A stretch of 64,000 nucleotides of DNA, from positions 32,001-96,000 of the IMG/VR virus record IMGVR_UViG_3300041964_000014; one strand, given 5' to 3'. The notes under the pieces were generated by a model, which was not told where the DNA came from, ran no database searches, and saw only the letters and a program-made list of their open reading frames with translations. Below are positions 1 through 10,476 of this stretch, one piece after another. The stretch is from a virus. Positions within the stretch are counted from its first letter, which is position 1. Each line of letters begins with the position of its first letter. A program made the translations under genes and the position numbers.

Positions 1-156
1 GATTGCTTGTGCTTTGTGGGCAGTTGCTGTATCTTCGTCCATAACCCCTGCTTCTACAGCATTATCAATATTCTCAATGAGTTCTTGATACAAACCCATG
101 TAGTATTCGATAGGAGTTAGTTCTTCGGTTTGTTGTAACAGTCGATTAATAGTCAT
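1..156 (-). CDS. partial acidic/helical protein running off the window edge, head module (possible scaffold)
   Basis: ATG at 156 opens MTINRLLQQTEELTPIEYYMGLYQELIENID..., open to base 1; function is positional inference only. Confidence 0.55.
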   Translation of the reverse strand, partial: MTINRLLQQTEELTPIEYYMGLYQELIENIDNAVEAGVMDEDTATAHKAQAI

Positions 157-161
157 AGTTT

Positions 162-434
162 TTATAGTACTTTAGGTTGTTTTGGTTTCTTGGGTTTCAA
201 GACTTTTGGTGGCTTGAAACTACTTTTAATTTTCTTGGCGGCACTAATACCAGCCCCGACTGCGGCTCCGGCTAACGCTACTTTTCGTTGTGCGCCACCT
301 GAATCAGGTTTAGCAATTAATCCAACTAAAGCGCCAGTACCACCACCACTAACTGCGCCACTAACAGCAGAGCCACCTACTCCAATTAGCTTTTTACGTC
401 TAGTTTTTGGTGCAGTAAACTCACTTAGTAGCAT
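162..434 (-). CDS. small basic glycine-zipper protein, putative internal head protein
   Basis: MLLSEF|TAPKTRRKK then two Gly/Ala hydrophobic stretches and Lys/Pro tail; coupled to neighbour at 434. Confidence 0.65.
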   Translation of the reverse strand: MLLSEFTAPKTRRKKLIGVGGSAVSGAVSGGGTGALVGLIAKPDSGGAQRKVALAGAAVGAGISAAKKIKSSFKPPKVLKPKKPKQPKVL

Positions 435-1002
435 TATTTCTTGTCCTTCTTACGGCGAAGTAGTTTGTAACCTGCTGCTCCAGCTCCACCAGCAGCAGCA
501 GCTCCGGCTAAGATAGCTCCTGCTTTACCCGCTTTAGTACCTAATGCTCCTTTACCAGCATTAGCTAAACGATTTAGTGGTTCACGTAATTTACCTGCAT
601 TAGTTCCACCAGCTCCACTTGGGGTACTAAGACCTGACTTAATAGCCGCTCCAGCAGCAGCAGCAGACCCAAGCGCTCGTTTGCCTAGATTTTTAGCGGC
701 TGCAATATCTTTCTTAGCCACACCTTTAGCCCCACGAGCATTTTTAACTCTGTCAGCAAAAGACTGATCCGAATTCATAGGACGACGTTTGGCTAGCGCA
801 GCTCCGCCGTATCTAGCTCCTGCGGCTCCGGCTGCCCCTAAAGCTCCCAAAGCTCCAGCACCAACAGCCGCCATACCTTTACGTGTCATACGCTTTTCTT
901 GTCTTTAGATCCTTTCTTACGAGCGAAGTTAGCTACATTACTGTAACCCTTCACTCGTTCGAGATCGTCTAAAGAAAAAGCTGCAATTACTGTGTTTGAC
1001 AT
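434..1002 (-). CDS. basic Gly/Ala-rich putative internal head protein (one-base frameshift near 895-900)
   Basis: ATG at 1002 reads MSNTVIAAFSLDDLERVKGYSNVANF|ARKKGSKDKK; adding one A to the A-run joins it to ORF 434..889. Confidence 0.7.
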
Positions 1003-1028
1003 AAACTAATATCCTTTGTAACTAATAG

Positions 1029-2320
1029 TTATATTCTAGGCTTTTTAGGTTTTCTTGGACGTAAAGCAAGTCCAGTACCAATAGCACCAGCTCCCGCAGT
1101 CCCGGCAGCTAATTTACCACCTGTAGTACCCATCCCTTGTCTAACAGCTCCTCCAACTCCAGATAAATTAGATCTCAGTCTACCCTTCCCTTTTGCTTTA
1201 GCGGCTGTCTTAGCTCCAGCAAAACCACCTTTTATAGCTCCCGAAGTATTACCAGCACCTGTAGCTACAGTTTTTAGTAAACCATCTCTTTTAACATTAC
1301 CGACTTGTTTACCAACGCTAGAAACTGCTCTTTTAGCGGTTTTGAAAATAGAACTGCCTATTCCAAAGTTAGCTAGCTTTTCCATATCATCCAGCGTGAA
1401 AGCAGCAACTACTTGAGGTAATTCATAATTAGCCGGAGCTGCTCCTATACGTTGAGACAGTGTACGAGGCATTTGTGTACTTGCTTTCTGAGCAGCTACA
1501 TCTTCTTGCTCGGGAGTAGTTGGTTCTTGGGACTCTTCATCGCCATCTTCCTCAACGCCTAATACTTGCAGTACCCTATTCTCAAAATCGTCTAGCGCTT
1601 TCTCAAACAGTTCTTGTTGATTAATACTTTCATCATCAACAGTAGAATACTGGTAAGTACAACCCATAGTTGATCACTCAGATTATCGTATTGTGTTTTA
1701 ATCTGATCAACCATGCCATCGCCTTGCTCTAACTCCTCGAAAGACAAAGCAAAGGCAGCTTCTCCGTCGTAACTCTTAAATAATCTCAATCCCACAATAG
1801 CTGGTGTACTTGTGCATGAAATTTCTCTAATAGTGTCCGAAATAATATCGATACCGGGCGATACAGTTGATAGCAGTCTGTCCTTATACTGGTTAATTGC
1901 TTTACTCGCCTTGATAGCTACTTGATTAGCAAAAGCCCCAAACTTACCGACTAAGTGTTTGTAGCAAGGATCTTTAATATCTTCGTCTGTAATAACACGA
2001 GCCTCGATAGTACCCTCAACATCTCCAATAGTAGTGTCTTGGGTTTTCTGGTGATCAGTTAGTAGTGGTAAGCGGGCACCTCGTTGTAGTAGTTGGTTGG
2101 TGTTATTAACGATCTTTTTAACACGATCAGCAGAGAAAACGTGCTTACGTTGTTTACTGTCAATGTGTTCTCCTTCTACTAGTACTAAGCCACTTGTGTA
2201 AATAGCGCCATCACTTTCTGTAAATTCAGCGGATAGTGGAGCGCTTTCAAAGTGAACTATCTTAGGAGTACTATTATGTCTAAAATTAGCTATAGTATTT
2301 TTTCTTTTATATTTAGGCAT
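1029..2320 (-). CDS. Mu gpI-like prohead protease with acidic linker and basic C-terminal unit (one-base frameshift near 1640-1648)
   Basis: LPLLTDH...IGDV...TVSPG...EISCTSTPAIVGL pattern of Mu-type head proteases; ORFs 1592..2320 and 1029..1667 join by one base. Confidence 0.65.
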
Positions 2321-2394
2321 ACAGTTTTATATACTCATATAGTAGATACTATCTGTAGTTATACTAAAACTAAGTATACTAATGACGCATAGAC

Positions 2395-2637
2395 ATGACA
2401 AAACGTATCACTAATATAAATAAAGTTATTGGTAGTAAGCTTAAAAAAGCCAGAGACTACCGAGGTTATTCCCAGAGTCAGTTTGGTAAAGTAGTGCATT
2501 TAAATCAAACGCATATTTGCAAAATAGAAACAGGAGAGCGGGGTTTAACTATCGACAATTTAATTGCCTTTAGTAAAGTGCTTAATGTTAGCCCTCTTTA
2601 TTTCCTCAGCGATTTCGAGAAAGATAATCAATCTTGA
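2395..2637 (+). CDS. XRE/Cro-like HTH transcriptional regulator
   Basis: IGSKLKKARDYRGYSQSQFG...ICKIETGER, HTH_3 pattern. Confidence 0.85.
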   Translation: MTKRITNINKVIGSKLKKARDYRGYSQSQFGKVVHLNQTHICKIETGERGLTIDNLIAFSKVLNVSPLYFLSDFEKDNQS

Positions 2638-3863
2638 GATTTAGTACGTCTTATATCGCTTATTTTAGTTTTTAAATTAACCTTACTTTCCTTGTACAAT
2701 CTTTCAGCATTAACTAGCTTCTTTTTAGCAGCCATAAGAGCTTGTTCTTTTTTATTAGCAGGAATGTTACTATTATTTTCGGTCTTATTGTATTTATCTT
2801 TAGTCTCCTTTAGTTTTTGTCGCATTTGTCTTACGTTGCTTATTTCTTCTTTTAAAGAAGTATTGGGCTTAGTATTAACACTTACACGGGGTTTAGATTT
2901 AGGAGTATTAACGGTAATAAGTTTAGGGGGCACGTAGTCTTTGGGTATTACAAAATCTCTAACGACTTTGTTAGTCTCATCTTGCGATAGATAGTGGTAA
3001 GATCCGTGATCTGACATATACCTATCGACTAACTTACCTGGTTTCTTTTGATTATTTTTATTTATTACAACTGCTCCTGGGAATTTGAAAGGCTTGGCTT
3101 GCCAATCATTGTTATCTAATATATGTAATGAATTCTTAGCCGGAGGTAGAATACCATGACTATTAGCTCCATAAGTTATTTGTTTAATCTTGTCAGTATT
3201 AACCCCCATTTCTTTGAGAATATGCATAGCTTCGTTTGTAACATAGCCTCCAGAGCTATGCCCATGCAAAGTATGGATCTTATCTGGGTACTTATCTATA
3301 TTCGCTTTAACAGTAGCTGCTAGTTCACGAGCAGTAGGATTATAACCTTTGAGTATACCTTCTTTAGCCGCAGTGCTAGTTAAATCAAATAATTGTCTAG
3401 CACTATTGCCCGGAGCTTTATCCGGTAGCTTATTCATGCTTCGAGTATCAATAGGAATTGTGTGTCCTTTGAGCTTACTGTGTATATAACTTGACAGTTG
3501 CTTACTACTCTTGGCTTCAGCCCCATAATTCAAACCAGCTACAGCATAATTTATATTCGGACGATTAAGTTCGGCGGTAGTAAGGTTTGCTGGTATAACT
3601 TTTTTGGATAATTCTTGTGCTACTCTAGCGGACTGTTTAAGATTGACTCGATATCGCCCACGAAGTAAAGCATAACCGCCGACACTTAAGCCTAATCCTG
3701 CTGCCGCTACAACTGCTGAATTTCGTAATAAGTTATCAGGCTTTCTGTCTTTACCCCGTCGCTTGTATGCTTTAACTACCCTACCTTTGCGTATACTAGA
3801 TTTTACATTTATCTCTCTGGCAAATTTAGCGTGACTTGCGTCCGAAATAAATAGGGTTTTCAT
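2628..3863 (-). CDS. leader-tagged protein with alpha/beta-hydrolase-like domain
   Basis: MKTLFISD..AKF|AR leader, TM-like segment, nucleophile elbow LHGHSSGG, later D and DH candidates for a catalytic triad. Confidence 0.6.
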   Translation of the reverse strand: MKTLFISDASHAKFAREINVKSSIRKGRVVKAYKRRGKDRKPDNLLRNSAVVAAAGLGLSVGGYALLRGRYRVNLKQSARVAQELSKKVIPANLTTAELNRPNINYAVAGLNYGAEAKSSKQLSSYIHSKLKGHTIPIDTRSMNKLPDKAPGNSARQLFDLTSTAAKEGILKGYNPTARELAATVKANIDKYPDKIHTLHGHSSGGYVTNEAMHILKEMGVNTDKIKQITYGANSHGILPPAKNSLHILDNNDWQAKPFKFPGAVVINKNNQKKPGKLVDRYMSDHGSYHYLSQDETNKVVRDFVIPKDYVPPKLITVNTPKSKPRVSVNTKPNTSLKEEISNVRQMRQKLKETKDKYNKTENNSNIPANKKEQALMAAKKKLVNAERLYKESKVNLKTKISDIRRTKSQD

Positions 3864-4264
3864 TGTTTCTTACCTTTTTCTAGATTCCTAGATACTAAGC
3901 TATATGCCCCATATCCAAGACCTGTTAAAGTTGCACTAGCCAAAGCTCCTTTACTAGCTTTAGTTCTGAGCGTTTTTAGATATATTTGTTTGAGACGTTT
4001 ATTGCTCGGATAAATAATGTGAGCATGGGGATTACCAGCTTTAATAGCTTTAGCTAGATTTTCTTCGTTGTGATCTAATACATATTTGAATCCTTTCCGA
4101 TATCTTAAATGAGTAAGAACTGCACCTCGTGTACCTCCGGCTACAGCACTACCTGCAACTGCTGTACCAAATCCTATTCGTTTGCCACGCTTCTTCTTAT
4201 CTTTACTACCTTTCTTTCTGGCGAAATTAATGTTACCTATGTCCGAAATAAATAAGAGTCTCAT
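3860..4264 (-). CDS. basic glycine-zipper leader-family protein
   Basis: MRLLFISDIGNINF|ARKKGSKDKKKR; C-terminal GLGYGAY shared with neighbour. Confidence 0.75.
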   Translation of the reverse strand: MRLLFISDIGNINFARKKGSKDKKKRGKRIGFGTAVAGSAVAGGTRGAVLTHLRYRKGFKYVLDHNEENLAKAIKAGNPHAHIIYPSNKRLKQIYLKTLRTKASKGALASATLTGLGYGAYSLVSRNLEKGKKQ

Positions 4265-5550
4265 TTGTTGTTCCTCTTATTTCTATTAACTAACTTATAA
4301 GCCCCGTATCCTAATCCCGCTACCGCGCCACCTACTAAAGCACCTTTACCAGATGTCTTAGCTAGCTTTTTAATATAGGCTTGTTTTATCATTTTCCCAC
4401 TAGGAGCTGCTGTGTCAATAGTTCTATCTATTTCGGACAAACTATCCTTTAAATACGATTGTTTAGTAGTTAGTCGTTTAACTTCAGCAGCTACTTTGTC
4501 TTGCTTTTTTTGTTTCAAACTTATATTGTTTTTAGGATCAAACTGTTTGTTTACTTGATCTAATTCTTTTTGTACCGGATTACGAAGACTGCTAATTAAT
4601 CTCTCACGTTGTTTAGGTACAGTCGTTAATGCTTCTTTTAGTTGTTTCCTATCAGTTAGATAATTGGCTCCCGCAGTACTTAAACCCCCAATACCTGCAC
4701 CTCCAGCTATAACTCCAGCACCCTTAACTGCAACCTTACGTTTCTTTTTATCTTTACTTCCCTTTTTACGAGCGAATTCAGCTAATAGTCCGAAATAATA
4801 AGGGGATTGAAATTCGTAAGTATATTTCTGAGGAGTAATAGCCTTAGTGAGTTGTCTACCTGTACTAGTATCGATACTTACAGAAGCTCTAGCTTCACTA
4901 CCTAGATTAAATCCCCCACGCTTTCCTTGTTTGGCAATTTTATTACCACCAATTGTGGCTTGTAAATTAGTCGCAAGTTTTCTACGGTACTCTCTTTCAG
5001 CATTACGCTTGCGTTGCACTTCTTTAGCTAATGCTTCTAATTGCTTACGCTGGGGTGTTTTAATACCTAAAAAACCTACACCTTCATTTTTAGCTAATTG
5101 TACGTTTAATTCTCTACCTTGTAATACGTGTTGATTAGATCTTGCTTGCGAGGCTCTAAGCGGATTTAAATACTCATCTTGATTAGATAGTGTATTAAAT
5201 TTACTACCCTTAACTTTACCTACATCATTAGCAGATACTACTTCGGCTTTAACAGCTTTAATAGTATTACGGCGATTATTAATACGTACTCTACGAGTAC
5301 CTACTTTTACTGTGACTAATTTACCTTTAACTTTACGGGTGTGTTGTTTAACCTGAGTAATACCGCCACTAACTTTGACTGGTTTAGTGGTTTGTTTAGC
5401 TACAGTATTAGCCGCTTTAGCTACTTGCTTAATTATTTGCGGCTTTTTAGTAAGTGCTACTGTTGCCCCTAATCCAGCTACAGTAGCCGCTCCTATACCT
5501 AAGCCTATTAATTTATTACGGTTATTGTTACTCTTACTTTTTGTAGCCAT
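4261..5550 (-). CDS. basic two-unit leader-family protein (possible polyprotein)
   Basis: internal LAEF|ARKKGSKDKKKR; glycine zippers; C-terminal GLGYGAYKL. Confidence 0.7.
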   Translation of the reverse strand: MATKSKSNNNRNKLIGLGIGAATVAGLGATVALTKKPQIIKQVAKAANTVAKQTTKPVKVSGGITQVKQHTRKVKGKLVTVKVGTRRVRINNRRNTIKAVKAEVVSANDVGKVKGSKFNTLSNQDEYLNPLRASQARSNQHVLQGRELNVQLAKNEGVGFLGIKTPQRKQLEALAKEVQRKRNAEREYRRKLATNLQATIGGNKIAKQGKRGGFNLGSEARASVSIDTSTGRQLTKAITPQKYTYEFQSPYYFGLLAEFARKKGSKDKKKRKVAVKGAGVIAGGAGIGGLSTAGANYLTDRKQLKEALTTVPKQRERLISSLRNPVQKELDQVNKQFDPKNNISLKQKKQDKVAAEVKRLTTKQSYLKDSLSEIDRTIDTAAPSGKMIKQAYIKKLAKTSGKGALVGGAVAGLGYGAYKLVNRNKRNNK

Positions 5551-8500
5551 TTACTGTTATTCTCTTCTTTGGCGATAATATACCTAATGTAGCTATATTT
5601 TGTTTAAAATAAGCTGTTTCTATTTCTCTTCTCTGAGTATTTAAATCCCTCAAATAATTATCTATCTCTAAATAACGTGGGTTAGTAGGATTCAATCTTT
5701 GTTGCTCATAAATTAAAGACCCCATCTCTCTAGTTAATTCGTTTAATCTAGACTGCTTTTCTAACTGTCTAGGATTAATAGATAGTTGATCTCTAGCTTT
5801 AGGGCTATTACTTTTAAGCATACTAAGTTCAGCTTGTAAGTTATTAACATCGGCTTCTAACTTACTTAGCGTATCGAATCTACTTTTAACCCTACTAACT
5901 TGTTCTTGCGTAAAAGGTATTATTGTAGGTTGATTATTAATACGTATAGTGGGATTCTGAGTAGCACTACTAAGTAAATCAAAATCTAAGCCTATATCTT
6001 GTGTAGCACTACGTATCTTACTTAGTTCTTCAGAAGCGTTTACTAAATCTTTAATACTCTGTTCATATTCAACGGGATTAGTAGTTGCTTTATTAGCTAT
6101 CCGCTGCTGAACTACCCTAATATATTCTTCTGCTGTATCTAAATTAGTAGATAAAGTAATACGTCCTACAGATGGTTCAAAAATAGTATCAATAAAATTA
6201 AGCTCTTTAGCTTTTTGAGTAAGATAAGCATTAGCAACTTCGGGGTTACTAAGTAAGTTATCTCTAGTGCCTTTTAAAGTATCTCTATATGTTTGTCTAG
6301 TAACTTGAGTATCTAAGATATTGTTATATAGAGTATTAGCTTGATCTGTTAATCGCCTTACTGTAGACGTATTATTAACTAAGTTAGTACTATCTACAAT
6401 ACCGGGGCTTAATTCTTCTGCTACACGATATCGTTGCATAGTATCTTTGGTTTCTTCTAAAGCAGTTTTAGCCGCATTAAGAGTGTTAACCATCTTAATC
6501 TGACTAACACCTAAATCATTAATAGTTTTAGTTACAGTACTAATGTATTTGGTGTAATCACTTAGCAGTGCAGCCTGCAACTTAGTATTACCTTGAGCCG
6601 CCTGGAACCTACTCTCAAACTGCTGTCTTATTATTTCGGACTCCCCAGCTAATACTTGTGCTTTGTTTAACACATTAATATCGTTACCTAAAGCCCGACT
6701 AGCTTCGTTAAGTATCTTGCCGTTACGTCCCCGAATAGTAACACTACTATCAAACTTAGACTTAACAGTTTTAGTGGGATTTTCTAACTGCTCTAATATC
6801 TGATTAGCAGTTTCACGTTCTTGTTCTGTAGCTAAGTTAAGAGTGTCCGAAATATTAGGTGGGGCTTGTAGTTTTAAGCGATTAAAGTCCTCATGTATCA
6901 GCTCAACTAAGTCGTATACCTCGGAGGCTTGTCTAATAACGTTACCGACATCACTATTCTCTAGTCGTTGTAATACGGGACGAGATACGTTTTCTATTAC
7001 ATCGTATAGATTTATTGGTGCTACAGGCGGACGAGTTTTATTAAACATACTATTTAACAAAGCTATCGAGGCTATTGTGGCTCCACCTAATACTGATGCA
7101 GCTGCTAATTTAGCGGCAGTAAGTGGGAATGCTTTAGCTCGACCTTCAACAGGCTCTAAATAACAAGCACAATACGGATGTGGATTAGGCGGCGGTAACA
7201 TTTGTCCTGTCTGAAACAATTTAAATGGATACACTCCTTTTCCGTATCCAATATCTTGATCTGCTAAACGCAAGCATCTATCGCAAACAACTCCAGTACC
7301 ACTGTAGTTACGCTTTAATTTCCCGGACTTACGGCGAGTCTTACTATTATTCATTCGTAGATGTTCTATTGAAGCATTCCATCTAACTAACTCAATAGTG
7401 TTGTCATTAGCATAATGTGCGTAACGCCCGTAGTTATAAGCAGCAGACAGTTCTGTTAATGCTGTTCGTTTAATACTGGGTAATGCAGATCGTCTTTGGC
7501 TTATCTTCTCTAGCTCTTGTCTGGATATAGTTTTTTCTTTCTCCGGAAAGCCTAGTCGTCTAGCTTGTTCGGAGTTTAGCAAGATATCATCATTAAGCTT
7601 ATTTCTCTCTCTATTCAACTCCTTTTGTAGTTGCTCTACTTTCTGAGTATTACCAACTCTCTTATAAGCTTCGAGGCTTCTTTCTAGATTAACTATATTA
7701 TCTTTAACAGCTGTAACAAGGCGTCTTTCTATTTTCTGAGATTTAGTTTCCCGCAGTATTTTTCTAGCCTCAACCCCATAGTCAGGATACATAGAACTTA
7801 ATGCTCGGATTAAGTCCCGTTCTCTAGTATGCTTAGTACTAGCTAAATAGTTACTAATTTTACTACGAGTATTAGCAATACCATCCGTATATTGCTTAAT
7901 ATTTCGCTTAGTGCTATCGGTAATATCTTTAGTAAGCTTTTGCGCTAAGTCGTTATACCGTTTATCGAGATACTGAGCAAATTCAGTTTCGTTAGCTAAC
8001 GTGATAGGTTTCTTAAGCCGTTTGCTTACATCCCTAGTTATTTCGGACTCTTGTATTCTCCTCGCACGTATTGCACTACTCGTTTTAGATAGTGAAGATG
8101 ATGTGGGTGTTAGTGGGCGTAATAGAGTTTGTTGCCTACGTTCCGCTTGTTGTTCTGCTGCGGATACTCTTTTAGCTTGTGTTCTAGCACGTTTTTCTTG
8201 TTGCAGCTGTCTAACATCATCACGACTAAGCATATCCAACTGTTTAGGTGGAGCTACTGATTCTCCACTTGCAGCTCTAGATAATTGGTATACTAAAGCA
8301 TTTTGTTTTTGTTTTAGTTGATTTTGTTCGGCTTTAATACTATTCGCTTGTTCGGTAAGTATGTTAACTACGGTATTTCTTTGATCGGGGTTTAAGTTCG
8401 ATTGTCTTAGTCTTACTTTCGCGTACCTATCCGGATTAATAATATCCCGATTTAACTGCTCTAATCTAGAGGCATTATCTTCTTGCTTATAAATAAGAGA

Positions 8501-8890
8501 CTGTATCTGATCTCTTAAACGCTTTATAGTATTATCGTTATCTTTGGCAAAAGTAATTAGTTGTACAGCATCGCTAAAATTACGTTTAGTTATATTATCG
8601 TAAATAGGCTTTAAATCTTCACGAGCATCTGTACTACCTATATTCCAACTGCTTTCCCATAACTGTTTTATGGCACTATATAGTACTGGGCGTACTTGAT
8701 TAGGTTTTATATTGTCTATTAGTTGCTGCCAAGTAGCATCTCTATTTTTAAGTACTGTGTTAGCAAAGTACGTATTGTAGTGTTTTTGTATATGGTTAAT
8801 AAACGTATCACTAATAGGGTTTAGTGTGTCTAGTATCTTTCGTGCTTTAGATGTGGATTTACTAGCTGTTTCTAGATTAATAACTACCAT
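5534..8890 (-). CDS. very large MuF-like (SPP1 gp7-like) minor head protein with coiled-coil extensions
   Basis: RTALTELSAAYNYGR...VRWNAS...VCDRC...PPPNPHPYCAC matches the Phage_Mu_F signature. Confidence 0.75.
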   Translation of the reverse strand: MVVINLETASKSTSKARKILDTLNPISDTFINHIQKHYNTYFANTVLKNRDATWQQLIDNIKPNQVRPVLYSAIKQLWESSWNIGSTDAREDLKPIYDNITKRNFSDAVQLITFAKDNDNTIKRLRDQIQSLIYKQEDNASRLEQLNRDIINPDRYAKVRLRQSNLNPDQRNTVVNILTEQANSIKAEQNQLKQKQNALVYQLSRAASGESVAPPKQLDMLSRDDVRQLQQEKRARTQAKRVSAAEQQAERRQQTLLRPLTPTSSSLSKTSSAIRARRIQESEITRDVSKRLKKPITLANETEFAQYLDKRYNDLAQKLTKDITDSTKRNIKQYTDGIANTRSKISNYLASTKHTRERDLIRALSSMYPDYGVEARKILRETKSQKIERRLVTAVKDNIVNLERSLEAYKRVGNTQKVEQLQKELNRERNKLNDDILLNSEQARRLGFPEKEKTISRQELEKISQRRSALPSIKRTALTELSAAYNYGRYAHYANDNTIELVRWNASIEHLRMNNSKTRRKSGKLKRNYSGTGVVCDRCLRLADQDIGYGKGVYPFKLFQTGQMLPPPNPHPYCACYLEPVEGRAKAFPLTAAKLAAASVLGGATIASIALLNSMFNKTRPPVAPINLYDVIENVSRPVLQRLENSDVGNVIRQASEVYDLVELIHEDFNRLKLQAPPNISDTLNLATEQERETANQILEQLENPTKTVKSKFDSSVTIRGRNGKILNEASRALGNDINVLNKAQVLAGESEIIRQQFESRFQAAQGNTKLQAALLSDYTKYISTVTKTINDLGVSQIKMVNTLNAAKTALEETKDTMQRYRVAEELSPGIVDSTNLVNNTSTVRRLTDQANTLYNNILDTQVTRQTYRDTLKGTRDNLLSNPEVANAYLTQKAKELNFIDTIFEPSVGRITLSTNLDTAEEYIRVVQQRIANKATTNPVEYEQSIKDLVNASEELSKIRSATQDIGLDFDLLSSATQNPTIRINNQPTIIPFTQEQVSRVKSRFDTLSKLEADVNNLQAELSMLKSNSPKARDQLSINPRQLEKQSRLNELTREMGSLIYEQQRLNPTNPRYLEIDNYLRDLNTQRREIETAYFKQNIATLGILSPKKRITVNGYKK

Positions 8891-9020
8891 ATGCTATTGA
8901 GTATAGATAGTACTATTATTACAGCTTACTAACCAATATAAAATAAGATAGTTTACTAAGCATATCCATATGTACAGGTATTGTTGCTAAAATAGCAAGT
9001 AACACTATCTCGTATAAATT

Positions 9021-9371
9021 ATGGAACTTAGAGTAAACGACAAAACGTTAGAAGATATTGCTTGTGATATCCAAGAGTCTTATTACACTAAATTTGGTGT
9101 AACTATTGGACGCAATAAGATCCGCTACATTATCAAAGACTATCTGAGATACGTAGAGGAGGAAGTTGCCAAAGGTAACAAAGTAACTATTCAAGGTCAC
9201 GGTACTTACGATTCTTATGAGTACAAGGAACGTACTGGAATTGATCCTACCAAGCAAGAGCAGTTTTATATCGAAACTCACGACGTACCTACATGGCGCA
9301 GTGGGAAAACTTTTCGCCGTAAGGTAAGAGCAGCTTCACTCGAACGCCGCAATAAAGAAAATGCTGGTTGA
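9021..9371 (+). CDS. hup: HU/IHF-like DNA-binding protein
   Basis: GNKVTIQGHGTY...ERTGIDPT...VPTWRSGKTFR resembles HU beta-ribbon arms. Confidence 0.8.
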   Translation: MELRVNDKTLEDIACDIQESYYTKFGVTIGRNKIRYIIKDYLRYVEEEVAKGNKVTIQGHGTYDSYEYKERTGIDPTKQEQFYIETHDVPTWRSGKTFRRKVRAASLERRNKENAG

Positions 9372-9397
9372 TTAACTGTTATAAATATTGATTAAGA

Positions 9398-9441
9398 GTC
9401 CGAAATAATAAGGAAATTCTCACTCCCTATTTATTTCGGAC
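9398..9441. repeat. inverted pair of the genome-wide GTCCGAAA motif
   Basis: gtccgaaataataagg ... cctatttatttcggac between convergent genes. Confidence 0.9.
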
Positions 9442-9525
9442 TTTTACTATGCATATAATAAAAGCCCTTAACCTGTAGAGAGTGGTTAAAGGCATGACTG
9501 AGGTTCTTTGTCTACTTACTTGATA

Positions 9526-10404
9526 TTATAGTTCGTTAAATAAACAGCTGTAGTACGGGTCTAATTTAATAGTGTTTAAATGGTCTTGTTGATATCGCCA
9601 CTTACGCTTAAGTCCTTTTATAAAATAACTATGTGCTAATTCTTTTATAGTAATAGCACTAACTTGGTTATGAGTAGTATCAACTAAACGTATAACTTCG
9701 GGGCTTATATTATATGGGCTTAAGAATATTAGTTTAGCGGACTTATTAGGATAAGCTTGTTGTTGCAGTATTTCAAAATAACCTCGCTTACATATAGCAG
9801 TAGTAATATCGTCTACAGTAATAGGATTCTTTTTAAGCTCATAAGCTTCGATAGTTTTAGAGGTATTACGGTAGAAATCAAATCTACGCTTATCTTTGTT
9901 AAGTAGGTTTAGTATAGGGTGTTCAATATTAATATTACTATAACCACATAAACACATCCAACTATGTAGTCGTCTAGCCAAATCAGCTTCCATTTCTGGC
10001 TGTAAAGGGATAGCGTTGAGTTTTAAGTGATTTCGATTATACCAATATTGCTTTTCTTTTAATAACTCGTTAATACGATTTCCAGCTCTTTGAACATACT
10101 CCGCAGTTATTCTTGCCATAAATATTTGAAAAGGAACAGCTTTGGGTTGTTCGGATTTCTGAAGTAAAAGAAAGCACTGCTCCATACTCAAGTAGTCCAT
10201 TTTATACCTCTTGCCGTTAGAAGCAACTTTCTCCGCAACGAGGAAAGTACCAGAAGCCCCTTCTATAAAGGGTTTTAGCTTAGACCATATTTTACTGGGA
10301 TTGCTATATTCCAAGGCTGTTAATATGTCTTGTGCTGAGTAGTAGAATTGCCCGTCCTTATATATGTGACGTATTTCGTAGTTTTCAAATTGCTTGACTA
10401 ACAT
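9526..10404 (-). CDS. Bro-N domain protein with C-terminal PD-(D/E)XK-like domain
   Basis: FENYEIR...FYYSAQDILTALEYSN...KSEQPKAVPFQ (Bro-N); RFDFY...EAYELK nuclease-like motif. Confidence 0.7.
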   Translation of the reverse strand: MLVKQFENYEIRHIYKDGQFYYSAQDILTALEYSNPSKIWSKLKPFIEGASGTFLVAEKVASNGKRYKMDYLSMEQCFLLLQKSEQPKAVPFQIFMARITAEYVQRAGNRINELLKEKQYWYNRNHLKLNAIPLQPEMEADLARRLHSWMCLCGYSNINIEHPILNLLNKDKRRFDFYRNTSKTIEAYELKKNPITVDDITTAICKRGYFEILQQQAYPNKSAKLIFLSPYNISPEVIRLVDTTHNQVSAITIKELAHSYFIKGLKRKWRYQQDHLNTIKLDPYYSCLFNEL

Positions 10405-10476
10405 AGGTAATTATCTAACTTGTTAACGCTATACTGAAATAGTAACACAAGGTAAGAACAGATAGGTACAGTTAAT

